In this document: one piece after another, positions 22,361-34,577 of the stretch
How positions within the stretch are numbered: position 1 is the stretch's first letter
Layout of the letters: every line of letters starts with the position of its first letter
Assembly (NCBI GenBank): GCA_963710605.1
Contig: CAVQBA010000004.1
Coordinates: 672,001 to 736,000, forward strand
Reading direction: 5' to 3'
DNA length: 64,000 bases
Origin: an uncultured cyanobacterium
GTDB taxonomy: Bacteria; Cyanobacteriota; Cyanobacteriia; Cyanobacteriales; Cyanobacteriaceae
The notes under the pieces: model-generated
What the model was told of the DNA's origin: nothing
Database searches by the model: none
The model's input: the letters and a program-made list of their open reading frames with translations, nothing else
Position numbers and translations under genes: made by a program

Positions 22361-22856
22361 ATGCAATGTCCCTCATGTCACGTTAACAATACAAGAGTTT
22401 TAGAATCTCGTACTACCGAAAAAGGATACAGTGTACGTAGAAGACGAGAGTGTTTAAATTGTCATCATCGTTTTACTACTTATGAAAGAATCGAATTTGT
22501 GCCGATTAGAGTTGTCAAAAAAGACGGTAGCACGGAATCATTCGAATGAATCTAAAATTTTGAGAGGTATTGTTCGTGCCTGTGAAAAAACAGGAATTGA
22601 CTCGGAAAGGTTAAAGGCATTTGTCGATTCAATCGAATCAGAAATTGAAGAAAAATTTCCGCGTGAAATAACTAGTCAGCAAATAGGAGAATTAATCCTT
22701 ACCCAATTAAGTCATATTTCCCAAGTAGCCTATATTCGATTTGCTTCAGTTTACGGCAACTTTACTAGTGTGGATGATTTTGTGACAACATTAAAACAAT
22801 TAGAAAATAAACCATTACCTAATCCAATTCCAATTAATCATCAAACATCTGAGTAA
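22361..22856 (+). pseudogene. nrdR: Transcriptional repressor NrdR, split by one extra base near 22545
   Basis: MQCPSC...RRRRECLNC...RFTTYE in one frame; ATP-cone SKILRGIVRACEK...VAYIRFASVY in the next. Confidence 0.9.
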
Positions 22857-23233
22857 ATTAGAAATATTGCGTGACTATCATCTCTAACTTCTCAAAATTT
22901 GTTCAAATTCAGATTTTAATGTATGCTAATAATTCTGTATAATGATACTGTCAATCAGAAATTTTATTATTTTTGGTGTTAAAGTAGATAATTACCTATC
23001 AATTTATCAAAGCACTTTTATTATTAATGCTAGCAAAATATAACTTTAGTGGTTTTAGATTAGCTTAATATGAAAGAAAGTAGATTTTGTTTACTTTATA
23101 ACTTTATAGCTGGTAGAAATAATTAATTTTAAACTAATATCTATCTAAATCAATAAACTTTAATTACTTTTAAGTTTAGAGAGGAGGACGAAGAATTATC
23201 ACAATATTAACTGAAAAACAAATTGTAAAACAA

Positions 23234-24331
23234 ATGCCTATGGTCAATCAGACAGAAACCAAAAGTAACGGAGTTGGCTTTACTCATGAGGAGTTTGCCG
23301 CTCTTTTAGATCAGTATGACTATCACTTTAGTCCTGGTGACTTAGTTGCTGGAACAGTATTTAGTATCGAGCCTAAGGGCGCTCTGATTGATATAGGAGC
23401 GAAAACCGCCGCTTTTATTCCTGTAGCAGAATTATCAATTAACCGAGTTGATAACCCTGATGAAATTCTGCAAGCAAATGAAACCAGAGAATTTTTTATT
23501 CTGACTGATGAGAATGAAGATGGGCAACTAACTCTTTCTATTCGTCGAATTGAGTATATGCGTGCTTGGCAAAGAGTACGTCAATTACAAGAAGAAGATG
23601 CAACTGTTTATTCTAACGTTTTCGCAACTAATCGCGGTGGTGCGTTAGTTAGAGTTGAAGGTTTGAGAGGATTTATCCCTGGTTCTCATATTAGTGCTAA
23701 AGATACTAAAGAAGATTTTGTCGGTCAAGATTTACCTTTGAAATTTTTAGAAGTAGATGAAGAACGTAATCGTCTAGTCTTAAGTCATCGTCGTGCTTTA
23801 GTTGAACGTAAGATGAATGGTTTAGAAGTCGGACAAGTGGTAATAGGCTCTGTTCGTGGTATCAAACCTTATGGTGCATTTATCGATATTGGTGGTGTGA
23901 GCGGATTATTACATATATCCGAAATTTCTCACGATCATATTGATACACCTCATAGTGTGTTTAATGTCAATGATGAATTAAAAGTAATGATTATTGATTT
24001 AGATGCCGAAAGAGGACGTATTTCTCTTTCTACAAAGCAACTAGAGCCTGAACCAGGTGATATGCTCAAAAATCGTGATTTAGTTTTTGAGAAAGCTGAG
24101 GAGATGGCACAAAAATACAGAGAAAAATTACTGGCTGTAGATACTGAACAGACAGATAATTCTGAAGTTGTCACCGCAACAGATACAGAGGAAGAAGAAG
24201 AGGTAGCAGTAGTAACTGAAGCTACTGAAGAAAATTCCGATGTTGATGCAACTGATGGCGAAGTAGTCGAAACTGAAGCTTCTTCTGAAGAAGAAGAAGA
24301 ACAAGAAGAACTCACTACTTCTGTTGATTAA
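23234..24331 (+). CDS. rps1: 30S ribosomal protein S1 (cyanobacterial three-domain type)
   Basis: Three S1 domains; YGAFIDIGGVSGLLHISEISH; acidic tail. Confidence 0.95.
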   Translation: MPMVNQTETKSNGVGFTHEEFAALLDQYDYHFSPGDLVAGTVFSIEPKGALIDIGAKTAAFIPVAELSINRVDNPDEILQANETREFFILTDENEDGQLTLSIRRIEYMRAWQRVRQLQEEDATVYSNVFATNRGGALVRVEGLRGFIPGSHISAKDTKEDFVGQDLPLKFLEVDEERNRLVLSHRRALVERKMNGLEVGQVVIGSVRGIKPYGAFIDIGGVSGLLHISEISHDHIDTPHSVFNVNDELKVMIIDLDAERGRISLSTKQLEPEPGDMLKNRDLVFEKAEEMAQKYREKLLAVDTEQTDNSEVVTATDTEEEEEVAVVTEATEENSDVDATDGEVVETEASSEEEEEQEELTTSVD

Positions 24332-24415
24332 TTTAAGCTGATTTTAGTATTATTAAAGTAATATACTATCTTTACATAAATTTTTTGATATTTTCATTAT
24401 TTATATTTTGTTTTT

Positions 24416-24449
24416 GACAAGGGTTCAATTTATTTGTCCCTTGTTTTTT
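24416..24449 (+). terminator. Intrinsic terminator after rps1
   Basis: acaaggg...cccttgt followed by tttttt. Confidence 0.55.
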
Positions 24450-24502
24450 CTGTAAACGAATTAATGATCATCAACTCAACACTTTTTCTTCTTGGGCTTG
24501 GG

Positions 24503-24766
24503 TTATCCTTGCCATATTTTGACTAATTCTACTTCTTTCTCATCACCTGGTTCAAAACGAATAGCTGTACCTGCCGGAATATTCAAACGCATATTAACTG
24601 TTTTTTCTCGGTCAAAAGTTAAAGCAAAATTTACTTTACTGAATGGAAAATGTGAACCTATTTGAATCGGACGATCGCCTGTATTAGCGACTAGTATCTG
24701 ACAAGTTTCTCTACCTTTATTTAATTCAATTGTTCCTTCTAAAGTGAAAATTTCTCCAGGGATCAT
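24503..24766 (-). CDS. ureB: Urease beta subunit
   Basis: MIPGEI...[12 protein letters not shown]...[15 protein letters not shown]. Confidence 0.92.
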   Translation of the reverse strand: MIPGEIFTLEGTIELNKGRETCQILVANTGDRPIQIGSHFPFSKVNFALTFDREKTVNMRLNIPAGTAIRFEPGDEKEVELVKIWQG

Positions 24767-25013
24767 TTTTAACTCTCTACATATTAATTAATCAAATCAT
24801 ACTATAAACTTAGTTAGTTGCTCCTCAAGTTAGTGTTAAACAAATATCAAGAATTATTAAGCTTAATTGACAATTATCTACTTTTATAAATTTAAAACAA
24901 CTTAACTTAACCGAAAAATTGTTGCTCAATGGTTGTGAAATACCCTCATCTCAAGTGATAATTATAGATAACGAATAATTAGTTAGTTTTTCCTTATCAT
25001 ACAAAATATTATC

Positions 25014-25631
25014 ATGGAATTTTTTTCGTTAGAGCAAATTAAGGAATTAGCACACATTTATGGTTACTGGGCAGTTTTCGCAGGAATTACTTTAGAAAAT
25101 ACTGGCATACCTATTCCAGGAGAAACTATAACGATCGTTGGTGGATTTTTAGCAGGTAGTGGTGAGTTAGATTACAAATATGTTTTACTAGTTACTATTT
25201 TAGGTGCAGTTATAGGAGACAGTTGTGGTTACTTTATTGGACGTATTAGTGGTTGGGATTCATTTCTAAAAATTACTAAGTTTTTTCGTTTACCAGAAAA
25301 TAAAGTCCTGTTAGCCAAACAAAAGTTTATCGAAAATGCAGCTCAAGCGGTATTCTTTGGTCGTTTTATTACTTTACTAAGAATTTTTGCAGGACCGATT
25401 GCAGGGATAGTTAAGATGCCTTATACACAATTTTTGTTTTATAATTTTTTAGGTGCTACTGTTTGGGGTACTATTATCGTGACAGTAGCTTATTATGCAG
25501 GGAAATTTATCTCTTTAACTCAATTGGTTAATTTGGTTGGTCAATTTGGTTTTATTGCTCTAATTATAATTATCGGTTGGATTGTAATTCCTTGGGTATG
25601 GCAGTCTTCTCGTAAGAAAAAAACACCTTAA
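25014..25631 (+). CDS. DedA family membrane protein
   Basis: LENTGIPIPGE; GDSCGY; FFGRFI. Confidence 0.92.
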   Translation: MEFFSLEQIKELAHIYGYWAVFAGITLENTGIPIPGETITIVGGFLAGSGELDYKYVLLVTILGAVIGDSCGYFIGRISGWDSFLKITKFFRLPENKVLLAKQKFIENAAQAVFFGRFITLLRIFAGPIAGIVKMPYTQFLFYNFLGATVWGTIIVTVAYYAGKFISLTQLVNLVGQFGFIALIIIIGWIVIPWVWQSSRKKKTP

Positions 25632-25731
25632 AACAGTGAAAGACGAAGGAAGAAGAAGAAAGGATGAGGAAGCAAAGCACAGACACAAAGCTGTAAATTA
25701 AAGATTTATATTCTCAATTATTAAATATGTT

Positions 25732-28700
25732 TTATTTATGTAATAAATCAAAGGCTTGGAGAGTAGATAAAGGATGAGAAAAGAAATAACCTTGAGCGTA
25801 TCTACCTCCCATTTGCTGAATTAATTGTAACTGCATTTGTGTTTCAATACCTTCTACTACTATCTCTAATTCTAAGTCTTCTGCTAAAGAAAGAATACCT
25901 TTAATCATTTTGGCTTTGGTTGTATTAGTTTCGATGTCTTTAACAAAATAACGATCGACTTTTAAACCTTGAATTGGTAGTCGATGTAAATAACTCAAAT
26001 TGGAATAACCCGTGCCAAAATCATCAATCCATAATTGTATTTTTCGGTGAACTACTTCATTCAGGATTTCGACAACATAATCTTCTTGGAAGATAGAAGA
26101 ATTTTCGGTTAATTCTAATCGTAAATATTCAGGATTGACTTGTGTTTGGCTAATTATTTGATCTAATTTAGCGAGAAAATTCTCACTACTAAATTCTTGA
26201 CAAGAAAGATTAATGTTTAAAGTGGGTAAAATAAAAGGAGATAAATTATTGTCCAAAATACGATCGTGCCATTGTTTTAGTTGTTGGCATCCTTCTTTTA
26301 AAACCCAATAAGTCATTGGTACAATTAAACCTGTATCTTCAGCTAAACCAATAAAACAGTTAGGAGTTGTGAAGCCTAGTTGAGGATGATTCCAACGAAT
26401 CAAACTTTCAAATCCTTTAACATGATTATTATTAGCTAAATCGACTATCGGTTGATAATGAAGAACAAATTCATTTTCTTTTAATCCTTGTCGGATCTCG
26501 TTTTCAAGTTGCAAATTAGCTAAAGCTTCATTATGCATATCTCCTTGAAAAATTTGATAATAAGTTTTTCTTTGTGATTTTGCCTTATATAAAGCTGTAT
26601 CTGCACATTGCAATACTTCTGCGGCAGTTAAACGATTATACTCTTGAGGCTCAATACTGGAACTAAAAAAGATACCTATACTCACACCACAAAACAATTG
26701 ATGCTCTTTGATAGCAAAAGGTGGGCGAAAAGCTTTTTTGATATTTTCAACAATTTCAATAACATCTTTTATTTGTTCAATGTCATCAACCAGAATTGTA
26801 AATTCATCTCCTCCTAATCTAGCAAGTACATTATTTTCTTGGATACAAGTTTTAAGTCTTTCGCCGATCGCAACTAATAATAAATCGCCGATACTATGAC
26901 CTAAACTATCATTAACTGCTTTAAATCGATCGCAGTCAAGAAATAAAACACCAAACTGGTAATTAGGGTTTGAACCTTGTTTTAGTTTTTTTAAAGTACG
27001 ATTTAGATATTTAAGAAGTAAACGACGATTAGGCAAACTTGTTAGTTGATCGTAAAATGCTTGACGATGCAATTTACGTTGAGCTTTTTTGTAGTTAGTA
27101 ATATCTTCTACGGTACCTTCATAATAAAGTAAATCACCTTGATTATTTTTTACAGCCCGAGCATTTTCGCAAATCCAAATGATTTTCCCATCCTGACGAT
27201 AAACTTGAGATTCAAAACCAGTAATCGCTTCTTCTATTTTTAATAAATCGGTAAACTCTTGTCTTCTTTGGGGTTGAACGTATAAATTATTGGCAATATT
27301 ATTGACGCATTTAATTAATTGAGAAGGAGAATCATAACCGTATATCTTGACAAGAGCCTTATTCACTGATAAATAATGTCCTTCAACAGTAGTTTGAAAG
27401 ATACCTTCAACCGCATTATCAAAAAAGTTACGGTATCTATCTTCTGCTTGAGATAAAGCTTCTTCTAAACTTTTACGATCGCTTAGATCGGTGATGATAC
27501 CTTCTAATGCGGATAATTTTCCTTGAGAATCAAAAACACCTTTTCCTTTTTCCCATACCCATTTTTCTTGATTATCTTTAGTAAAAATACGGTATTCTAA
27601 ATAATAATAAGCATTTCTAGCTAAACTAGTTTTGATGGTACTTGATACTCTTTGTAAATCTAAAGGATGAATTATTTTCCGAAAATTTATTTTACCGTCT
27701 TTGAGTAACTCTTTTTTTGTATAACCAGTTAAAGATTGACAACCTTGAGTAAGATAATCAGATTTGTTTTGAGCTTGATAATTAATCCGAAAAAATATAC
27801 CTAAATTAGATTCAAAAATCGACGATAATTTTTGCTTGCTTTCATTTAATTGAGTTTCTATTTGTTTATGACAAAAAAGATGACCTAATTGATAGGCAAC
27901 AGTTTGTAACAAGCTGATGAAATCTTGGTTTTTAGGCAAAGATTGACGAGAGAAAAAGACTAAGACAGAAACAACTTCCCCTCGTGCCAAGACAGGAATA
28001 CCGAAAGCTGTTTTTAATCCACATTCCTCTACTAGTTTTCGCCGTAAAAATAATTCTTGTTGTGATAAATTACGAAACCAAACAGCTTCTTTTTTTGCCC
28101 AAACTTTTCCCGGTAAGCCTTCAGCGTAATGAAATGTATAATCAAAACTTAGTTGTTTGAAATCAGCTAAGGATAAATTGGTTTCACTTACATAATTTTC
28201 CAGGATCGGAAACCACGCTGTAAAATAGGTCAAGCTATTATTTTCCGTATCAGGTAACCATGCTTCGCCAAATTCCCAATTACCTATCGTACAAATTTTT
28301 TGTAATGTAGAAACGATTGCTGTTTCAAAATTAACAGCCGAAGAAACTATCTTAGTCAAATTTAGCAGTAAATATTCTTCGTCTTTAATACTTTTTTGTT
28401 CGGTTATATCAATTATCAATCCTTCTAAAAATAATAACTCTCCTTGTGGAGAATAAACTCCTTTACCCCTTTCCCAAACCCACTTAGTTTTTTGAGATTG
28501 ATGAACTATTCTATATTCTAAATTAAATTCTGTGTGTGATGCGATCGCTGCTTGAATTTCTGAATGCACTAGTTCTTGATCTTCTCTACAAATCAAACTA
28601 TTGTAATTAAGACGATTATTTTCGATGAAATCCCCAGCTTCATAACCAGTTAATTGCCAGCAATTTTCATTTATATAAGTCATTGTCCACTGTCGATCAT

Positions 28701-28776
28701 TACGACATTGATAAACTGTTGCTGGTAGATGATTTACTAAAGATATTAGTTTTGACGACTGAAGAGGTAAATTCAT
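25732..28776 (-). CDS. PAS-GAF-PAS-PAS-GGDEF-EAL c-di-GMP enzyme
   Basis: ARLGGDEF; ESLIRW; DDFGTGYS; PAS/PAC repeats. Confidence 0.92.
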   Translation of the reverse strand: MNLPLQSSKLISLVNHLPATVYQCRNDRQWTMTYINENCWQLTGYEAGDFIENNRLNYNSLICREDQELVHSEIQAAIASHTEFNLEYRIVHQSQKTKWVWERGKGVYSPQGELLFLEGLIIDITEQKSIKDEEYLLLNLTKIVSSAVNFETAIVSTLQKICTIGNWEFGEAWLPDTENNSLTYFTAWFPILENYVSETNLSLADFKQLSFDYTFHYAEGLPGKVWAKKEAVWFRNLSQQELFLRRKLVEECGLKTAFGIPVLARGEVVSVLVFFSRQSLPKNQDFISLLQTVAYQLGHLFCHKQIETQLNESKQKLSSIFESNLGIFFRINYQAQNKSDYLTQGCQSLTGYTKKELLKDGKINFRKIIHPLDLQRVSSTIKTSLARNAYYYLEYRIFTKDNQEKWVWEKGKGVFDSQGKLSALEGIITDLSDRKSLEEALSQAEDRYRNFFDNAVEGIFQTTVEGHYLSVNKALVKIYGYDSPSQLIKCVNNIANNLYVQPQRRQEFTDLLKIEEAITGFESQVYRQDGKIIWICENARAVKNNQGDLLYYEGTVEDITNYKKAQRKLHRQAFYDQLTSLPNRRLLLKYLNRTLKKLKQGSNPNYQFGVLFLDCDRFKAVNDSLGHSIGDLLLVAIGERLKTCIQENNVLARLGGDEFTILVDDIEQIKDVIEIVENIKKAFRPPFAIKEHQLFCGVSIGIFFSSSIEPQEYNRLTAAEVLQCADTALYKAKSQRKTYYQIFQGDMHNEALANLQLENEIRQGLKENEFVLHYQPIVDLANNNHVKGFESLIRWNHPQLGFTTPNCFIGLAEDTGLIVPMTYWVLKEGCQQLKQWHDRILDNNLSPFILPTLNINLSCQEFSSENFLAKLDQIISQTQVNPEYLRLELTENSSIFQEDYVVEILNEVVHRKIQLWIDDFGTGYSNLSYLHRLPIQGLKVDRYFVKDIETNTTKAKMIKGILSLAEDLELEIVVEGIETQMQLQLIQQMGGRYAQGYFFSHPLSTLQAFDLLHK

Positions 28777-29779
28777 TAAAGCATTAGAAAATATTTGATT
28801 AAAAACAGTAATTAAAGTTTTTTAGGATTCTAAATAACAATTGACTATTACTAATTATCTATTTTAAATGTACCATAAATTTATAATTATGATCTAAATT
28901 TTAGCAACATAAACAAACTATTAAAAACAGGTTATCAAAAATAGGAGAGCTTGCTTTTTTAGCTGATAACTTTATTAAGCTGATAAAACATAGCTTAGTT
29001 ATTTTAAGCATTTTTTATCACCAAAATTAATTAAATTATTAACCAAATGATAAAGTTGTTCTTCATGACAGGTGAGCAACTCATAGCTATCTACTTTAGA
29101 AGCTATCAATTAGTATTTTTAAATAATATGTGAGTGAATAAGTAATTAAAGCTAATTATAGCTTCTAAATAGACAATTTGGATACAATTTAGTCAAAGCT
29201 AATAAATTTAATCTGCTCTAACCTAAGCAATTAATTAGTTTTTTTTAGTTACTTTTTCAAGATGCTTTTCTCATTAATCAAGTTTATTCATTTATTAATT
29301 TTTTTAAGCTACTTAATTATTTGGTCAATGACTATTTTGATTAGGAATTAACTAAATAAGTTTCATAATCTAAAAATCTAGTTTATTTTCTGATTAAAAG
29401 TATTTTTGCAACATATGATAATTAATTAAGTAAACAATGATACAAAAAAAATAAATATTTTTATATATAGCTCAAAAAGGCAAAAACTTTATTTTTAAGT
29501 TACTCAAAAATAAAGATATTATAAAGGGTAAAATCTGTAAACCAAAATGTTAAGCGTAAAAAATTGTCTAATTTTTATTTGAAATAATTATAATCATAGG
29601 GATAAGGGATATTCACTAATTCCTTGGTAATATACCAAAAAAAATATCCTCTGAGAGAAAATTTTGATAGATCTATCAGAAGATAATTAAATTAGATTGT
29701 GACAAACGTCAATAAACTAATTTTGTAAGTACATAGAGTAGTAATCTCTAACTCAACAAAAAATGGGAGATTTAACTGA

Positions 29780-31939
29780 TTATGATTGTGCTTCCTGACG
29801 AGCATTAGCCGCTTGTTCTGGGTGAATACCTAAACGAGTAAGATTCAAACGCCCTTTATTATCAAAACCACGTATTTTGACGACAATTTCATCATTAACA
29901 GTAACCTCATCTTCTACTTTACCAACACGATGTTCTGCTAACTGAGAGATATGAATCATACCTTCTTTACCCGGTAAAACTTCGACAAAAGCACCAATAT
30001 CGATGATACGGGTTACTTTACCTAAATAAACATCTCCTTCATTAAGTTTACGAGTCATGGTTTGGATAATGCGTTTTGCTTCTTGCGCACGTTCGGCTTG
30101 GGTTGCACAAATAACGACTGTACCATCATCATTAATATCAATTTTAGAACCTGTTTGCTCTGTAATCGCCTTGATTGTTTTACCACCTGGCCCTATCACT
30201 AAACCGATCATGTCAGGATCGATTTTGAGGGTAATCAAACGAGGTGCATAAGGAGACAATTCGGGTCGAGGCTCACTAATTGATTTAAGCATTTCTGCTA
30301 AAATGTGTAAACGAGCATCTTTAGCTTGATGGACTGCTTTAGCAATTACTTCTAAATTCAAACCCGTAATTTTCATATCCATTTGTAAAGCGGTGATACC
30401 AGTATCTGTACCTGCCACTTTAAAATCCATATCGCCTAAAAAGTCTTCTATTCCTTGGATATCAGTCAGGATACGAACTTCTTCACCTTCTTTTATTAGC
30501 CCCATTGCCGCTCCACTAACTGGTTTAACGATCGGTACTCCTGCATCCATTAAAGCTAAAGTAGAACCACAAACAGAACCCATTGAGGTAGAACCATTAG
30601 ATGACAACACTTCAGAAACTACACGTATTACGTAAGGAAATTCTTCTTGAGCAGGTAAAACAGGTGTAATTGCTCTTTCGGCTAACGCTCCATGTCCAAT
30701 TTCTCTACGTCCTGGTGAACGTAAGGGTTTGGTTTCACCCACAGAGTAAGCGGGAAAATTATAATGATGGAGATAACGTTTTTCCGAGTTAGGGTGCAAA
30801 TCGTCTCCTAAATCTTGAGCATCTCCTGATGTACCCAAAGTAGCGATCGATAAAACTTGAGTTAAACCTCTTTGGAATAAACCACAACCATGTACTCTAG
30901 GAGGTAATAAACCGACACGAGATTGGATTGGACGTACTTGATCTAGTTTTCTCCCATCAACTCTGACACCGTCTTCAACTATCTGACCTCGCATCAATTT
31001 TTTAGTCAGTTTTTTGAATAGATTAGAGACTAGTTTACCGTTTTGGCTAACAGCGACTTTAATTTCATCTTCTTCAGGTAAAGCTTCGATCGCTTCATTG
31101 ATATTAGTTGCCTTGATTTGATCTAGTGCTTGATCACGAGCTTTTTTATCTAAATCAAATTGAGAAAGAATTTTTTTAATATCTTCTGTTGATTTTTCGC
31201 TGATAAAATTGACAACAGCTTCATTTGGCTCTTCTTTTGGTTCTTCGGTTACCATTTCGATGCCCAATTCTTGAATTAGATCTTTTTGAGCTTTAATTAG
31301 TTCTAAGATCGCTTCATAACCAAATTCGATCGCTTCGATGATATCTTGTTCTGGTAATTGATTAGCACTAGCTTCTACCATCACTACCCCATCAGGAGTA
31401 CCAGCAATAACAATATCTAATTCTCCTTTATCCATTTCTCTGAAAGTCGGATTAATAATAAATTCATCATTAAGTAATCCTACTCTTACTGCCGCCATTG
31501 GTCCTGCGAAGGGAATCCCAGCAATTAAAGTTGCCACAGACGCACCTGTTACTGCTAATACATCAGGAGGTACATCTTCATCCATCGATAAAGTGGTAGC
31601 GACAATTTGAATATCGTCTCTAATCCATGAAGGGAATAAAGGACGTAAAGGACGATCGATTAAACGACTAGTTAGAGTAGCTTTTTCTGGAGGTCTTCCT
31701 TCTCTACGTAAAAAACCGCCAGGAATACGACCGACGGCATATAATTTTTCTTCATAATCTACTGTTAAGGGGAGAAAATCTATTCCTTCTCTTCCTTTAC
31801 TACGAGTTGCGGTTACAAATACTGCTGTATCTCCTGCTTGAATCAATACTGAACCGCCAGCTTGAGGTGCTAGTAATCCTACTTTAATTTTGATGTCTCT
31901 TCCTTCAAAAAAAGATATCGATTTATTATATTCTTCCAT
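29780..31939 (-). CDS. pnp: Polyribonucleotide nucleotidyltransferase
   Basis: [41 protein letters not shown] and S1 domains. Confidence 0.98.
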   Translation of the reverse strand: MEEYNKSISFFEGRDIKIKVGLLAPQAGGSVLIQAGDTAVFVTATRSKGREGIDFLPLTVDYEEKLYAVGRIPGGFLRREGRPPEKATLTSRLIDRPLRPLFPSWIRDDIQIVATTLSMDEDVPPDVLAVTGASVATLIAGIPFAGPMAAVRVGLLNDEFIINPTFREMDKGELDIVIAGTPDGVVMVEASANQLPEQDIIEAIEFGYEAILELIKAQKDLIQELGIEMVTEEPKEEPNEAVVNFISEKSTEDIKKILSQFDLDKKARDQALDQIKATNINEAIEALPEEDEIKVAVSQNGKLVSNLFKKLTKKLMRGQIVEDGVRVDGRKLDQVRPIQSRVGLLPPRVHGCGLFQRGLTQVLSIATLGTSGDAQDLGDDLHPNSEKRYLHHYNFPAYSVGETKPLRSPGRREIGHGALAERAITPVLPAQEEFPYVIRVVSEVLSSNGSTSMGSVCGSTLALMDAGVPIVKPVSGAAMGLIKEGEEVRILTDIQGIEDFLGDMDFKVAGTDTGITALQMDMKITGLNLEVIAKAVHQAKDARLHILAEMLKSISEPRPELSPYAPRLITLKIDPDMIGLVIGPGGKTIKAITEQTGSKIDINDDGTVVICATQAERAQEAKRIIQTMTRKLNEGDVYLGKVTRIIDIGAFVEVLPGKEGMIHISQLAEHRVGKVEDEVTVNDEIVVKIRGFDNKGRLNLTRLGIHPEQAANARQEAQS

Positions 31940-32384
31940 TCAACTTTTCCTTATTCTTCACTTTTTATCTCTATACACTTATGTAATCCTAACATTTTGC
32001 TAGCAATTAATAATTAAGAGTTGAAACAGGGACGATCGTCAAGAATAAAGGCAGTCTGACAAAGATTAACTCCATTATCTTAAGTTAAAAAATATCATCC
32101 GTCATCGCTGATTTTTTTTAGGTGTTACAAAACAACTTAATCATAGTTTTATTCAAAATATACCCTGAGGTTAATTCAAATTTAAATTTATTGTCGTATG
32201 ATAAACATCAGTTAGAATCAATATAATTGATGAAGACAGATAAGGTTTAGTTTATATGTACTTAAAAAAAATAAGTAGTAAAAATGTTATCTGGAAACAA
32301 AAATTAATAGTTAGACTTCGTATAATTTTGATATTAGTTTAATATTTCTAATTTATTAACCAACAAAAAAAGAGGAAAGCAATC

Positions 32385-32711
32385 ATGTTAGGACAACAAA
32401 TATTCACACCACAAGCAAAAATTGATTACAGTAACCAAACTGAGCATGAGCAAAAACTAACCATGTTTATCAATGGTAGTCTTCAGCAAGATATTTTAAT
32501 TGATTTCAAGACGGTAGAATTTGTTGACAGTCATGGTTTAATGGCATTAGTAAATGCTTATAGACACGCCAAAAAAGCCGAAAAGAATTTTTATCTGCTG
32601 AATGTATCTCCTGCAGTGAGAATTATATTAGAGATTAGCCGTTTGGATCAATTTTTAGCAATTAAAGAATCCAATTTTGTTTCTTATTCTACTCAGAAAT
32701 TAGCGGCTTAA
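32385..32711 (+). CDS. STAS domain protein (anti-sigma factor antagonist-like)
   Basis: IDFKTVEFVDSHGLMALV...VRIILEISRLDQF. Confidence 0.85.
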   Translation: MLGQQIFTPQAKIDYSNQTEHEQKLTMFINGSLQQDILIDFKTVEFVDSHGLMALVNAYRHAKKAEKNFYLLNVSPAVRIILEISRLDQFLAIKESNFVSYSTQKLAA

Positions 32712-32764
32712 AAAAACCCAGCACCTAATTATGAAGGATAATAAACTGTTTAATTTTGCTATTA

Positions 32765-32845
32765 AGGGTTGAAATAGACAAAAAAAAACTGATCGATATA
32801 ATAAACGATTTTAGTTTTTTTAATTTAATTGTTCTTTTCAACCCC
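32765..32845. terminator. Long hairpin between convergent STAS and hemL genes
   Basis: agggttgaaa...tttcaaccc outer stem with inner aaaaaact...agtttttt. Confidence 0.5.
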
Positions 32846-32950
32846 TCTACAAAAGAATTAAGGGAAAAATGAGGAGATTGATTACTCTACATTGATCAAA
32901 TTTCCATTCACCTTACACTATTTAATTACTACTCTCAAATAAGATTGAAT

Positions 32951-34251
32951 CTAAATTTGATTGAGTACTTCTTTAGCTACTGCTAAGGTTTGTTTAATAT
33001 CTTCATCAGTATGAGCGATCGAAGTAAAACCTGCTTCATATTGAGAAGGAGCAAGATAAACACCTCTTTCTAACATTCCTCGATGAAAACGAGCAAACTT
33101 AGCTGTATCAGCTTTTTTCGCATCATCATAGTTATGTACTTCTTCTCCTGTAAAGAACATACCAAACATACCACTGATGTTACCACCAGAGACTTGATGT
33201 CCTGCTTGACGAGCAATATCTAGTAAACCTGTAATTAATTGGTTAGTAATTTGATCTAAATATTCATAAGTACCGGGTTTTTGTAACAACTCTAAGGTTT
33301 TAATCCCTGCTGTCATCGCTAAAGGATTACCTGAGAGAGTACCAGCTTGGTACATAGGACCTGCTGGGGCAACTAAAGACATAATTTCTTTCCTACCACC
33401 ATAAGCACCAACGGGTAAACCGCCACCGATGACTTTACCTAAAGTAGTCAAATCTGGGGTAATGCCAAATTTTTCTTGCGCACCACCATAGGAGATACGA
33501 AAACCAGTCATTACTTCATCAAAAACGAGTAAAGCGTCATTTTCTTCGGTAATAAGTCTTAAACCTTCTAAAAAGCCAGCATCAGGAGTAACAAATCCTG
33601 CATTACCAACCACAGGCTCTAAAATCACACCTGCAATTTCGCCTTCATTTTCAGCAAATAATTTTTTAACAGCTTCTAAGTCATTATAAGGAGCATTTAA
33701 TGTATCGGCGGTTACTGATTTAGGTACTCCAGGAGAATCAGGTAAACCTAAAGTGGCAACACCTGAGCCTGCTTTAACCAAAAACATATCACCATGTCCG
33801 TGGTAGCAACCTTCAAATTTAATAATTTTATTTCTTTTGGTATAAGCACGCATTAAGCGTAAAACAGAAAGACAAGCTTCAGTACCAGAATTAACAAAAC
33901 GTACCATTTCTACGCTAGGTACAGCATCTATTACCATTTCGGCTAAGACATTTTCTAAATAACAAGGTGCACCAAAACTAGTCCCTTTATCTAGTGCTTC
34001 TTTTAAAGCATTAATTACTTCTGGGTTGGCGTGTCCGCAAATAGCCGGCCCCATGTACCGACGTAATCGATGTATTTGTTACCATCTACATCCCAAATAT
34101 TGGCACCCTTAACTCGATCGAAAACGATCGGTTGTCCACCTACAGATTTGAAAGCCCGAACAGGTGAACTTACTCCACCGGGCATTAGTTTTTGGGCGGC
34201 AGAAAAAATTTCATCTGATTTTGTAGTTAAAAATGATGCAGTACTAACCAA
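32951..34251 (-). CDS. hemL: Glutamate-1-semialdehyde 2,1-aminomutase, with an apparent 1-nt frameshift at 34049-34052
   Basis: [12 protein letters not shown]...YVGTWG in one frame and PAICGHA...FDEVMTGFR...[10 protein letters not shown] in another. Confidence 0.95.
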
Positions 34252-34577
34252 AATTATCTCCTTCTTTAATTATTGATTGTGGTAATTTATTTATTTATAT
34301 TCAATATATTTTACTTAAATCTCGTAAACTATTGACTCCTTGTACTTTTATTAATAATAACGAATATTTATCCAATAACTAACGTTGTGTTAAGCATTGA
34401 AAATTTTTTGTTACTTTAGCCCAATTTATCGATATTTTTGTTAATTAATTCTTTAATTGCTTTGTAAATACTCAAATAAACAATAGTAAATACAGTAAAG
34501 AGGTATTTTTAATTCTTGATTGGTAATTTACCTTTGATAGTATATTATTCAATACTCGCTATACTTATCGTCAATTA

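Noticed and set aside
23950-24315. Ser-rich 121-aa antisense ORF
   Set aside because: Mirror of the GAA-rich acidic tail of rps1.
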